Positions 1 to 13,611 of a DNA stretch of 64,000 bases are shown one piece after another (the first letter of the stretch is position 1; every line of letters starts with the position of its first letter). Both the position numbers and the translations under genes were made by a program. The DNA lies in the NCBI RefSeq assembly GCF_000007005.1, contig NC_002754.1, one strand, 5' to 3'. Source of the DNA: Saccharolobus solfataricus P2. GTDB lineage: Archaea > Thermoproteota > Thermoprotei_A > Sulfolobales > Sulfolobaceae. The notes beneath the pieces were generated by a model that saw only the letters and a list, made by a program, of their open reading frames with translations, made no database searches and had not been told where the DNA came from.

Positions 1-398
1 CCTCCCCCTATGATAGTTATATCCTTAACTTCATTTAATCTTCTCTTTAACTCTATAGCATCTTCTAATGTTTCTATTTTGTGCGCATACTCTTTAGCTC
101 CTTTTAATCGTGGAAGATTTTGATGATGACCTAAGCTTACTATAAGTTTATCATAAGTTAATTCCTTACTATTATCAAGTATAACTTTCTTATTTTTAAA
201 ATCAATTTTTTGCACATTTCCAAGTATAACTTTCTTATATTTTACTATAATATCTTCCAATTTCTTCATTCCGCATATAAAATCAATTATCCATGGCGTT
301 AAAAGAAAATAGTCCTTTCTGTCGACTACTAAGGAATTTTCTTTATTTTGATTATAAGCTGAAACTCCTGCGAATCCTCCACCTAAGATAAGTATCAT
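1..398 (-). CDS. NAD(P)/FAD-dependent oxidoreductase (type II NADH dehydrogenase/SQR-like), 3' end runs off the window
   Basis: Not in the ORF track; hand translation from ATG at 398 gives MILILGGGFAGVSAY...TYDKLIVSLG...KDITIIGGG, with two Rossmann GxGxxG motifs. The ATG directly follows the stop of the upstream gene (TAAATG). Confidence 0.8.
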   Translation of the reverse strand, partial: MILILGGGFAGVSAYNQNKENSLVVDRKDYFLLTPWIIDFICGMKKLEDIIVKYKKVILGNVQKIDFKNKKVILDNSKELTYDKLIVSLGHHQNLPRLKGAKEYAHKIETLEDAIELKRRLNEVKDITIIGG

Positions 399-2048
399 TT
401 AAATACCCTCTAATTTCTCTCTAAATATTGAAAGAACGTATTCTCCAGCTTGCTTAAAAGTTAGTTTAGGTGGCATTGGTCTCTCATTTGGATCTACTAT
501 TGCATCTAAAAGTGCCTGTCCTTTAGTGTTTAGAAAATCTTCTATTATTTCCTCAGCCTCTTTTGGCTCTTCTAATCTAAATCCTTTAAATCCAATAGAT
601 TCAGCTATCTTTGTGAAATCTGGGTTATATAAATCGACTCCCCATTCTGGGTACCCCATTACTTCTTGTTCAAATTTTATCATTCCTAATTTAGAATTAT
701 TATAAACGATTATTTTAACTGGAAGATCATATTTCTTAGCAGTTATCATTTCCATCATAGTCATAGTAAAACCTCCATCTCCTACAAAAGAAATAACTTG
801 TCTTTTATTTTCTACAGCAAAAGAAGCTCCTACACTTCCTGGGACTCCAATGCCCATTGAACCTAGCCAAGCAGAAAATATAAAGGTTTGCTCTCCTGAA
901 GCTCTAAAGTGTCTAGCAGTCCACATAGTTACATTTCCAGTATCAGTAACTATTACTGCGTCTTTCTTGCACTTCTGGGAAACTATATAAGCTACTCTCT
1001 GAGGTTTCATTGGTTTATCTAAACTATTCTCCTGCTTACTTATAGAATCTAGCCAATCTTCCTTCTTTCCTTTTAACTCTTCATAGTATTTATCTGATTT
1101 CTCTTCGATATCTATATTTAGGAACTCAGCAACTGGAATCGGATAAGAGAGATTAACATCTAACCTCTTACCTATATTAGAATTATCTATATCAACCTGT
1201 ATCACTTTGGCACTCTTATTTAGAAAATTAACGTAAGGAAATGATGCGCCTAACATTATTAATAAATCAGCCTTATCCATCGCCTCTATGGAAGGCTTAG
1301 TTCCTAAAAGACCTATTCCGCCCATAACTTTAGGATCTAAATCTGGTAAAATCCCCTTACCATTTAATGTATATATTATTGGTGCTCCTATTTTTTCAGC
1401 AAACCTATTTATCTCTTTACCTAGGCCTCTAGTCCCTCCTCCAATTAGTAAAACTGGTTTCTCACTTTCTTTGATTAATTCCTTAGCTCTAGAAAAATCT
1501 ATCGAATATTTAACTTTACCTACTTCAGTATTCTTGCTACCCTTATATTCTGAGGACTTTCTGAGAATATCTACTGGTAAATTTATGTGAGCTACTCCCC
1601 TTTTGGAAATAGCCTCTCTTATAGCCCTCCTTATTATATATTCCGCGTTTTCTGGGTTAATTAAAATTTGATTATATACTGCCACATCATCAAATAACTT
1701 AGTTAGGTTAACTTCTTGAAAATAATCGTGACCTATCATATCTGACTCTACTTGTCCAGTTAGCGCTATTACTGGAGCATGATCCATTTTTGCATCGTAT
1801 AATCCATTTAATAAATGGATTGATCCAGGACCAGAAGTACCCATACATGCTGAAGGCTTACCAGTTATTTTCGCTTCGACCGAGGCAGCTAAAGCTGCAC
1901 CTTCTTCATGTCTTACTTGTACGTATTTTACTTTAGATTTTCTTATCGCGTCAACTAAAGGGTCAATGGAATCTCCAGGAATTCCATATATTCTTTGAAT
2001 TCCATTATCTTCTAATACTCTTATTATTACTTCTGCAACTGATGGCAT
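399..2048 (-). CDS. poxB: Thiamine-diphosphate enzyme, pyruvate oxidase/dehydrogenase (PoxB-like)
   Basis: 549 aa; YGIPGDS, VRHEEGAA, TSGPGSIHLLNGLYDAKMDH, and the ThDP motif GDGGF...NN. Confidence 0.8.
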   Translation of the reverse strand: MPSVAEVIIRVLEDNGIQRIYGIPGDSIDPLVDAIRKSKVKYVQVRHEEGAALAASVEAKITGKPSACMGTSGPGSIHLLNGLYDAKMDHAPVIALTGQVESDMIGHDYFQEVNLTKLFDDVAVYNQILINPENAEYIIRRAIREAISKRGVAHINLPVDILRKSSEYKGSKNTEVGKVKYSIDFSRAKELIKESEKPVLLIGGGTRGLGKEINRFAEKIGAPIIYTLNGKGILPDLDPKVMGGIGLLGTKPSIEAMDKADLLIMLGASFPYVNFLNKSAKVIQVDIDNSNIGKRLDVNLSYPIPVAEFLNIDIEEKSDKYYEELKGKKEDWLDSISKQENSLDKPMKPQRVAYIVSQKCKKDAVIVTDTGNVTMWTARHFRASGEQTFIFSAWLGSMGIGVPGSVGASFAVENKRQVISFVGDGGFTMTMMEMITAKKYDLPVKIIVYNNSKLGMIKFEQEVMGYPEWGVDLYNPDFTKIAESIGFKGFRLEEPKEAEEIIEDFLNTKGQALLDAIVDPNERPMPPKLTFKQAGEYVLSIFREKLEGI

Positions 2049-2299
2049 AATATATATATTTTACTTATTCCTTTATAGTCTTTTTTATAATAGCCGCAAC
2101 TGGCTTATAACTTCTCTTAATGCAAAATATAGAAAAATATTTGGAAAAACTCGTACTATTGTGAGATGAAACTTGCTAACAGATAATAAACAAAATTTAA
2201 GAAAACATTCTATTCTATCACCTTCCTCAAGTCCATCGTGAAACTTGCCAACGTGTAATTGCCTTGAGAATCCATCCTCAATACAAGAGTGTAATCCGA

Positions 2300-2450
2300 G
2301 TTATGTTAACTCAACGCTTCAAATCCTTCCAACTCAATGGGATTCAAATCGGAAGAATAGGGAGGCAAGAAAAGCAAGTAAAGCCTAGAAGCAGTAACGA
2401 GAACATGAGAAGCTCTGTGAAAACTAGCAATATCAAAATGATATTACTGG
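2300..2450 (-). pseudogene. Degenerate IS630-family transposase fragment
   Basis: Hand translation gives FDIASFHRASHV...LLFLPPYSSDLNPIE, matching the IS630 DNAxxH and LPPYSPDLNPIE motifs; flanked by stop codons. Confidence 0.6.
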
Positions 2451-3092
2451 AATTCCTAACCCTAAGCAAGTAAAGAAAATTAATGAAAACCCTAAGAACA
2501 TTGAGTGCGGAGATAAGTGTCAATATTAAGCTATAAATTATGTCACAAAGGTAATCCGTTATAGAGTATAACGTTACCTATGCCCTTCTAAGCTCACGTA
2601 CTCATTTGTAGCTTAATAACGATACTCTCACCGCACTCAATAATGTTAAAGAAAGACTTTTTAAAGCCAATTTTGTCATTTATACGAGGTTTCCGATCTC
2701 AATTAATGAGTGGGATCTCCTTAAAGTCGTAGTTAATAGTTCCAAGTGAACCATAAAGCTCTATACTAGTTTATTTCATGCGAATAACTCATGGGCAAAC
2801 TCGTTCATCCTTCTACACATCTTAGGATAACCCAACATATACCATGGTGCTAGGAACCTGCACATCTTTAGTATTTTCAGCATCTGATCTAGGTGAAGTT
2901 CAAGGGCTGAAGAGTTTACTTCAATCAAGCATGTTAACCTATATATGCTTATGATTGATAAGTACATATCGTGAAACCCAATGAGACCTGAATCCCAGAT
3001 TTTCAAACTCCTAAAAATGTTGAACGACGTAACTGACTATCCTCTTTCTCTTACTTCTAATATAATTTTTTATTTAAACAAAGACTATAACT

Positions 3093-3150
3093 ATCAGATG
3101 TTCTAATTGGTCTTTACTGATAAGTGATGAATGCACGTCAGGGAGAACAT
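3093..3150 (+). ncRNA. Candidate dual-guide box C/D sRNA targeting 23S rRNA; terminal boxes degenerate
   Basis: CTGA (3117-3120) followed by GTGATGA (3124-3130). ATTGGTCTTT (3106-3115) is complementary to 23S 6284-6293 and TGCACGTCAGGG (3132-3143) to 23S 6242-6253. TTTAAA at 3073-3078. Confidence 0.6.
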
Positions 3151-3490
3151 TATATAACATCTATTTATTCTCTCCATTTCTATATCCTCAATCTTCCTTT
3201 ATCCAATTAGATCAGTTTATATTTCTTATTTAAAATATTTACAGAATTACCTCATATCACATTATATCAAATGAAAACATGCTTAAGCTAGACTAAATAA
3301 GTTAATATCTTTTAATTGTTCTCTCCTACTTTAGAAAACTATTTATTAATTGAACGATAAAATATAATTATATACTATTGAAGGTCACTCTGATATAATA
3401 AAGTTTTCAAGTAACTGAAACTAGCCTAGAAAACTGCACTACCTTAAATTATTAACCTCCCTCATATACCCTAGATTAACATGGAATATA

Positions 3491-3534
3491 TAGAAGTTAG
3501 ATTTATATGGGATTTCAGAACAATATGTATAATG
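3491..3534 (+). promoter_or_regulatory. 16S/23S rRNA operon promoter
   Basis: AGAAGTTAGA-TTTATATG (TATA box 3502-3509) with TGCGGA about 25 nt downstream (likely start G3534); matches the well-studied Sulfolobus rRNA promoter as I recall it. Confidence 0.85.
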
Positions 3535-3638
3535 CGGATTCCCCCGCGGGAGAAACACTCCCGCCGGGGAAGGTATCGCTTATTCGTGGAGGGGCAAGAT
3601 CGCCGGGCCCCTAAGCCCGGGAAGCTTGTCTCTGACAA

Positions 3639-3670
3639 GGGAACCAAGGGTGTGGTTAGCTTCCTACCCC
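3639..3670 (+). other. 5' arm of the 16S pre-rRNA bulge-helix-bulge processing stem
   Basis: GGGAACCAAGGGT-GTGG-TTA-GCTTCCTACCCC pairs with 5199-5230, giving a 4-bp central helix and two 3-nt bulges. Confidence 0.9.
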
Positions 3671-3672
3671 CA

Positions 3673-5168
<1,496 letters not shown>

Positions 5169-5198
5169 TAGTTACAAACTCCCCCGTCAATTTCCATA

Positions 5199-5230
5199 GG
5201 GGTAGGAAGTCCATAAAACCCTTGGTTCCC
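5199..5230 (+). other. 3' arm of the 16S BHB processing stem
   Basis: GGGGTAGGAAGT-CCAT-AAA-ACCCTTGGTTCCC, complementary to 3639-3670. Confidence 0.9.
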
Positions 5231-5315
5231 TTTCACAGATGCGATTCTCCTCTTGGCCGGAGGAGAATTAAGAGCAAAGGGCCTATGGGAGATACTCTCC
5301 CTAAGGGCTCGATGA

Positions 5316-5357
5316 AGCTGGCTTAGGGCCGAAAGGCCGCTTAGAATCGTTAACGAC
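5316..5357 (+). other. 5' arm of the 23S BHB-like processing stem
   Basis: AGCTGGCTTAGG-GCCG-AAA-GGCCGCTTAGAATCGTTAACGAC pairs with 8401-8443. Confidence 0.85.
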
Positions 5358-8400
<3,043 letters not shown>

Positions 8401-8443
8401 GTCGTTAACGATTCTAGGCGGTCCGGTAAATCCTAAGTCAGCT
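8401..8443 (+). other. 3' arm of the 23S BHB-like processing stem
   Basis: GTCGTTAACGATTCTAGGCGGTC-CGGT-AAAT-CCTAAGTCAGCT; the lower bulge reads as 4 nt, so a relaxed BHB. Confidence 0.85.
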
Positions 8444-8457
8444 GAGGGTCGTATTAC

Positions 8458-8500
8458 GTTTGTTTTTATGTAAAGGAATATTTATAATTTTTGTTTTTTA
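8458..8500 (+). terminator. Probable oligo-T terminator region of the rRNA operon
   Basis: TTTGTTTTT and TTTTTGTTTTTT tracts right after the 23S stem. Confidence 0.45.
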
Positions 8501-8819
8501 AAAGGTTTTATGCCAGTTTTTCCAATATATGATCTGTACTACATCTGCTAAATTCGTACCGTCATATACTAAACCTATTAACCCAGCGTTTTTACACCCA
8601 CTTGGAGAATATAATGAGGGAATATTGGTGTGCCAATTAAAGCCTCAGTATAAGAGTTAACTAGACTCAGTCATTTACAATATTTACTTGCCTTTCCCCA
8701 TCCAATTGGGAACAATTCATAAAGTGCTTGCATCACTTAGTGTTCGAGATTGTTTTAAAGATTCCTCCTTCTATCTGTATTCTTGGAATTAGTGAGGAAA
8801 ATTGCCTCACCCTTTGTGG

Positions 8820-9941
8820 TTACTCTATTTTCTTTATCCTGTAAATCATTCCAGACCCAATCCAAGTTATGGCAAAGGTTAGTATTACATAATATCCTAT
8901 TGTTTCCCAGTAAACGTTGTTTAACGCAGCTATTTGATCCCAGAATAATCCAGTTAGGTTGAACTCAGCTTGTAATAGTCCTAACAACTCTATTGTACCT
9001 ATTCCAAACGCTATTAAAATTGATATTAGTGTTATCGTTAAGTTGTACCATATTTTTCTGAGTGGTGATAGGAATGCCCAGCCATAGGCGAACCTCATGA
9101 ATAGACCATCAGTAGTGTCAACTAGTGACATTCCTAGTGAAAATAGGATTGGGTATAGTAAGATTATGTAGATTGGTATGTGTATGTACGTTGATGATAG
9201 TATTGCCGATATTGATAGTATTGCCACTTCTGTCGCGGTGTCAAATCCTAGTCCAAAGAGGAATCCTACAATGTACATTTGCCATTGGTTTGTTATTATT
9301 TTGAACAACTTGTTAAAGTATTTATTCATGAAACCTCTTTTCTGTAATATTTCCTCTAGTTTTTGTTTGTCATATTTTCCTTCTTTATAAAACGAGTATA
9401 ATTCGTAGAATACTATTGTGTTTAGTAGGCCTAAAAGATAAAGAAATCCTCCACTTATTAGTGTCTCGATCAAATTTCCGGTGTTCTCGAGGGACGGTAA
9501 TGAGTTAGTTACCAGCCTTGAAGCCATCATTACTGCAAGGGATAGTAAAATTACTACTGTTGAATGACCAAATGAGAAGAAAGTGCCAACGAAGACTGGA
9601 TTCTTTCCTTCTTGTAACATTTTCCTAGTTACGTTATCTATTGCTGCCAAGTGATCAGCGTCTACTGCGTGTCTTAAGCCAAAGGTGTATGATAAAACTC
9701 CTAGTGTTATGAAGGTTCCTATTAGCTCACCGCTATCTGTGTTTAATGTTAGTGGTTTTTGCGGTAATGTGTATAGGAAGAGAAAAAGTAATGCTGTTAG
9801 TAATACGTTGAGTACGTAGAAAAGTGATAAGGTGACTAAATTTTTGTAACTAATTGTTTGTGTTAACGTATTGAGAATGGATCTCATCGCATATATGGAT
9901 TGTCTATCCATCATATAAATTTTTCTACTATTCTGAAGCAA
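8820..9941 (-). CDS. HoxN/HupN/NixA-family (NiCoT) nickel/cobalt permease; true start probably downstream of 9941
   Basis: Signature motifs GLRHAVDADHLAAID, FFSFGHSTVV, LGFDTATEV. Confidence 0.92.
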   Translation of the reverse strand: MLQNSRKIYMMDRQSIYAMRSILNTLTQTISYKNLVTLSLFYVLNVLLTALLFLFLYTLPQKPLTLNTDSGELIGTFITLGVLSYTFGLRHAVDADHLAAIDNVTRKMLQEGKNPVFVGTFFSFGHSTVVILLSLAVMMASRLVTNSLPSLENTGNLIETLISGGFLYLLGLLNTIVFYELYSFYKEGKYDKQKLEEILQKRGFMNKYFNKLFKIITNQWQMYIVGFLFGLGFDTATEVAILSISAILSSTYIHIPIYIILLYPILFSLGMSLVDTTDGLFMRFAYGWAFLSPLRKIWYNLTITLISILIAFGIGTIELLGLLQAEFNLTGLFWDQIAALNNVYWETIGYYVILTFAITWIGSGMIYRIKKIE

Positions 9942-10072
9942 TCCACAAGGCAGTTATTTCATGGTCTTGTGTAAGTTATAGTACAAGTTTTACTGGTTTC
10001 AATAACCTAAAATGCTGTAAATTGTAGAATATTTGATTAAAAGCTTATTAACCTAAATTGTTCTTTCATATT

Positions 10073-10894
10073 ATGCTTGTAAGTGTTGAATGGCTTAACA
10101 ACAACTTAAAGGACGTTAAGGTTGTAGAGATTGGTTATAATCCGCAGATAAATTATTATGAGGGGCATATTCCGGGGGCAGTATTAATAAATTGGAGAGA
10201 TTTTCTTGACGATAATTCTAGAGATTTCGCTAGTCCGGGGAAGTTGAGTAAGGTTTTAGGAAACGCGGGGATAAACAACGATGATCTCATTGTGTTATAT
10301 AGCGAAATGAATAATAGGTACGCATTTTACGTTTATTGGATTTTAAAGGCTTATGGACATTCAAATTTGGCTATATTAAATGGGGGAATTTATAAGTGGT
10401 TAAAAGAGGGTTATCCTATAGAAAGCGATGGTATAGTAGTTAATAAGAAGAGTGAATACAAGGCTAGGAAGCCTGATTGGTCCTCAAGGATTTTAGTATG
10501 GGAGTTATTGTCTAAACTTAAAGAGTTTGTTTTAATCGACTCTAGGAGTAAGGAGGAGTATGATGGTCTGACTACTGCACCTCCAGAGCACAAGTGTGAA
10601 CAAACCCAAATGAGTGGTCACATTCCGGGTGCTAAGAACATTCCATGGACAATTTTGCTTAATGAAGATGAGACTATGAAATCTAGGGATGAGTTGGAGA
10701 GAATATTTTCTTGGTTAAGTAAAGAGGATAAGATAGTGGTGTACTGTAGGACTGGTGCTAGGGCTTCTGTTGCTTGGTATGCTTTAAAAGAGGTTTTGGG
10801 ATTTAAGTTGGTCAGACTTTATGATGGTTCATGGGTTGAATATGGCAATATGGTTGGTGTCCCAGTAGAGAAATCAGTTAGTGATCGTTTCTGA
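10073..10894 (+). CDS. Thiosulfate/3-mercaptopyruvate sulfurtransferase (two-domain rhodanese)
   Basis: HIPGAV and GHIPGA motifs, active site VVYCRTGARAS, C-terminal LYDGSWVEY; ATG at 10073. Confidence 0.92.
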   Translation: MLVSVEWLNNNLKDVKVVEIGYNPQINYYEGHIPGAVLINWRDFLDDNSRDFASPGKLSKVLGNAGINNDDLIVLYSEMNNRYAFYVYWILKAYGHSNLAILNGGIYKWLKEGYPIESDGIVVNKKSEYKARKPDWSSRILVWELLSKLKEFVLIDSRSKEEYDGLTTAPPEHKCEQTQMSGHIPGAKNIPWTILLNEDETMKSRDELERIFSWLSKEDKIVVYCRTGARASVAWYALKEVLGFKLVRLYDGSWVEYGNMVGVPVEKSVSDRF

Positions 10895-10897
10895 TCT

Positions 10898-11254
10898 TCA
10901 TTTTCTCTCAAGGTATTTACAAAATAAAATGTCTAACTCTTTATACAGTTCTTCTGCTAATGCCTTGTCGTAGTATTTGCAATTGGCTATTAGCCCTGCT
11001 AAGCGTAATGTTTCAACTTTTGCTTCTTCTGATAGCTGAAACAGCTCGAAAGTTAACGCTGATTCTCGTGACGATAGATTAAGCAATTGCCTTAGTAGTT
11101 CTGAGCATTCTTCCTCGTACACTCTATTGTGATCAATTGTAGTTGATATATCTTCTCTAGGTCTCTTCTCGTTTCCTCTATTCTCCTCTTCAGTTCCTCT
11201 ATTCTCCTTATCTTCTCCTCTATTTTCTCCTTTAGTTCTTTTTCTTTTGAACAT
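10898..11254 (-). CDS. Hypothetical protein with N-terminal charged ENRG repeats; last gene of the Ehr operon
   Basis: 118 aa ORF starting 9 nt after the hyfB-like stop, same strand. Confidence 0.55.
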   Translation of the reverse strand: MFKRKRTKGENRGEDKENRGTEEENRGNEKRPREDISTTIDHNRVYEEECSELLRQLLNLSSRESALTFELFQLSEEAKVETLRLAGLIANCKYYDKALAEELYKELDILFCKYLERK

Positions 11255-11263
11255 GTAATAGTT

Positions 11264-13009
11264 TCACCCCATTACAACTACTATTATTACTACAATGAGC
11301 GTCAAAATAATGTATATAATGTACCATGAGATTGAGCTGTTGATAAGTGTTTTAGCGAAAATCTTCCCAAATCTTCTTATTGAATTTGCTAGTTTGTAGA
11401 GGTATTCCCAGAATACATCTAAACCGTATGTAGGTAAGAATTTCTCTTCTTCTGGCCTTAAGATTTTCTTTAGCATTTGTCTTATGTTATTTGCCATTGC
11501 AAATGCTGTGTATTCTTCTTTCTCGTTTACCCCATTGTTCCACGTTTCTGCTTTTCTTATTTTAGGCTTTCCAAAGGCGAGATAGCTTACAATAGAGAAG
11601 GCTACTAATAGTAAAATTATGTAGAGTGGCGATATTCCTCCGAATGTGGTGTTATAGTATTGTGTTAGAATCACGCTATTGGTTAGCATTCCTAGAATTG
11701 TTGTAGAGTTTTTATAAGGGTATATCAAATAAGGTAACGTGAATCCCAGTATGAGTACTATAAGTGCAGATAATAAGATGGGATATTTCTTTATTTTACT
11801 TAATTGTTCTCTTGTATTCTGAAATATTGATGTATACGTTATGTATCTAATTAATAAGGCTGTTGCTAGACCTTCTCCCATTGCGATAATTGCTCCAGTC
11901 ATTATGAAGAGGATAGATATCATGTTATGAAGTACGTATGAGAACATGAATAGGTTTTCAAGTAATAGCCAAGATGCTACTCCCCCTATATTCGGCAATA
12001 GTCCAGACATGGAGGAAGCCAATAGGGTTAGTCCTATTTCAATGTTTCTTATCTTTTTTGAATAAGTTATGCTCTGTTTTTCTTGTAAGCCAGAAGAGAG
12101 GAATAGTCCAGTTTTGGCTACTGAGTGTGCGAATGAGTATAAAATTACAGTGATTAAGGAAATGTGCTCTATTGAGGTAATGTTTAGTTGCTTTGAGATC
12201 ATGTATAGACTTAAGGCTACTAGTATTGCCCCGTTATTTTCTATTGTACTAAAGGCTAAAATTCCCTTAGTGTTCTCATTTACGTATCCGTAAAGTGCTC
12301 CAAAGAATATGCTAAATGCACCTATGGCCATTATTGTAAGTGAAAATCCAATCGGAATAGTTTGTGTTAAAATTGTAATTTTTAGTATTCCGTAAACCCC
12401 CATTAGCGTCATTGTGGCACTTAGTATTGCAGAAAAGTTTGATGGTGCTGTTCCATGTGCTATAGGTAGCCATTCCGATACAAGGAAAGGCATCATTCCC
12501 ATTTTTATTATGAATCCAAAAGTAGCGACAATCAAGGGAACTGGAGATGGCAAGTAATTGAAGTTTGTAGTGTTTGCTATTATAAATCCCGCTAAAATGA
12601 GAACTGTACTCAGCTCTCCAAATGCCATGAAAACGAATGGTGGTCTATTATTCTTTGCTGTTAGACCTATTGCTACATATGCTGGGATTGTCATTATTTC
12701 CCATCCTGCGAGGAATAACAGATAACCATCAGAGTTTAAGACAATGGTCATGCCTAAGATTGTTAGTATGTATAAGGGGGAGAGCCATTTCCCGTAATGA
12801 TCGTACTCTATTGAGAAAATTGAGGCAAGAATCCACACTGAGGTAGAAATTATGGAGAAGAATGAGAGAACTCCATTATATTCGTAAATCGAGGTGATAA
12901 GTAGTATTATTGATGATATCATTGTCAAGATATATCCCGCTTTTTTATTAAAGATTGAGAATATAATAGAAATTAGAAATGGGGGTAATGTATAGAGTAG
13001 CGTGTTCAT
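11264..13009 (-). CDS. Ehr/hydrogenase-4 membrane subunit, HyfB/HycC-like (NuoL/MrpA antiporter-like)
   Basis: Hydrophobic; FLAGWEIM, KMGMMPF..WLPIAHGTAPSNFSAILS, AFSTIEN. Start set at MNTLLY (13009), giving an ATGA overlap with the upstream gene. Confidence 0.88.
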   Translation of the reverse strand: MNTLLYTLPPFLISIIFSIFNKKAGYILTMISSIILLITSIYEYNGVLSFFSIISTSVWILASIFSIEYDHYGKWLSPLYILTILGMTIVLNSDGYLLFLAGWEIMTIPAYVAIGLTAKNNRPPFVFMAFGELSTVLILAGFIIANTTNFNYLPSPVPLIVATFGFIIKMGMMPFLVSEWLPIAHGTAPSNFSAILSATMTLMGVYGILKITILTQTIPIGFSLTIMAIGAFSIFFGALYGYVNENTKGILAFSTIENNGAILVALSLYMISKQLNITSIEHISLITVILYSFAHSVAKTGLFLSSGLQEKQSITYSKKIRNIEIGLTLLASSMSGLLPNIGGVASWLLLENLFMFSYVLHNMISILFIMTGAIIAMGEGLATALLIRYITYTSIFQNTREQLSKIKKYPILLSALIVLILGFTLPYLIYPYKNSTTILGMLTNSVILTQYYNTTFGGISPLYIILLLVAFSIVSYLAFGKPKIRKAETWNNGVNEKEEYTAFAMANNIRQMLKKILRPEEEKFLPTYGLDVFWEYLYKLANSIRRFGKIFAKTLINSSISWYIIYIILTLIVVIIVVVMG

Positions 13010-13611
13010 TTTCCCTTCACCTTCATCAAGGCTTCGAGTATTGTAAAGGGATTTGGTGGACAACCGGGGATTTCCACTACTGCTTCTAATGGTACTCCTT
13101 CGCCTATTATTCCTCCTGAGATAGCGCAAGCACCTAATAATATAACTACTTTGGGTTCTGGCATTGCTTCATAAGCTTTTTTTAACACTTCTTTCATTTT
13201 CTCTGTCATTACCCCCATTACTACTAATGCGTCTGCATGTCTTGGAGTATTGGTGAAGAATATGCTAAATCTTGTCATATCGTATTCTGGTGATGAGATC
13301 AGCTTCAGTTCCATGTTACATCCTCCGCATGTGCCGGAGTCTATTGGGTAAAGGTAAAATGACCTTTTGAAGAGGGGTTGTGTTTTGTTTATTGTATATA
13401 TTCTTGGATTGAGATTTGGTCTATAGTTGGGATAGCATCTTCTGCAAAATACGCATCTTTCCTTTATCCACTTTCCATCCTTTATGGCGTTTGTTGGACA
13501 GTTTACAGTTCCCTCTCCTTGTATTTCAGTGCTCCATTCCGCTATTTCCTTCGGGTATTTCTCTGTCATTACTCCTTTTCTTAAACCTCTAATAAACCAC
13601 CAATTCTTCAC
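13006..13611 (-). CDS. Ehr/hydrogenase small subunit (HycG/NuoB-like) with an N-terminal ferredoxin-like segment
   Basis: CGGC...PRHAD...GAC...GCPP; N-terminal CP...CVFCRRC. Confidence 0.88.
   Translation of the reverse strand: MKNWWFIRGLRKGVMTEKYPKEIAEWSTEIQGEGTVNCPTNAIKDGKWIKERCVFCRRCYPNYRPNLNPRIYTINKTQPLFKRSFYLYPIDSGTCGGCNMELKLISSPEYDMTRFSIFFTNTPRHADALVVMGVMTEKMKEVLKKAYEAMPEPKVVILLGACAISGGIIGEGVPLEAVVEIPGCPPNPFTILEALMKVKGK

Noticed and set aside
8500-8810. Short minus-strand frames (MQALYELFPIGWGK..., DGTNLADVVQIIYW...)
   Set aside because: Might be a pseudogene scrap, but no recognisable family and several stops.
13010-13129. 40-aa N-terminal extension of the hyfB-like ORF in the track
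   Set aside because: Lies inside the upstream small-subunit gene; the ATG at 13009 gives a normal ATGA coupling.
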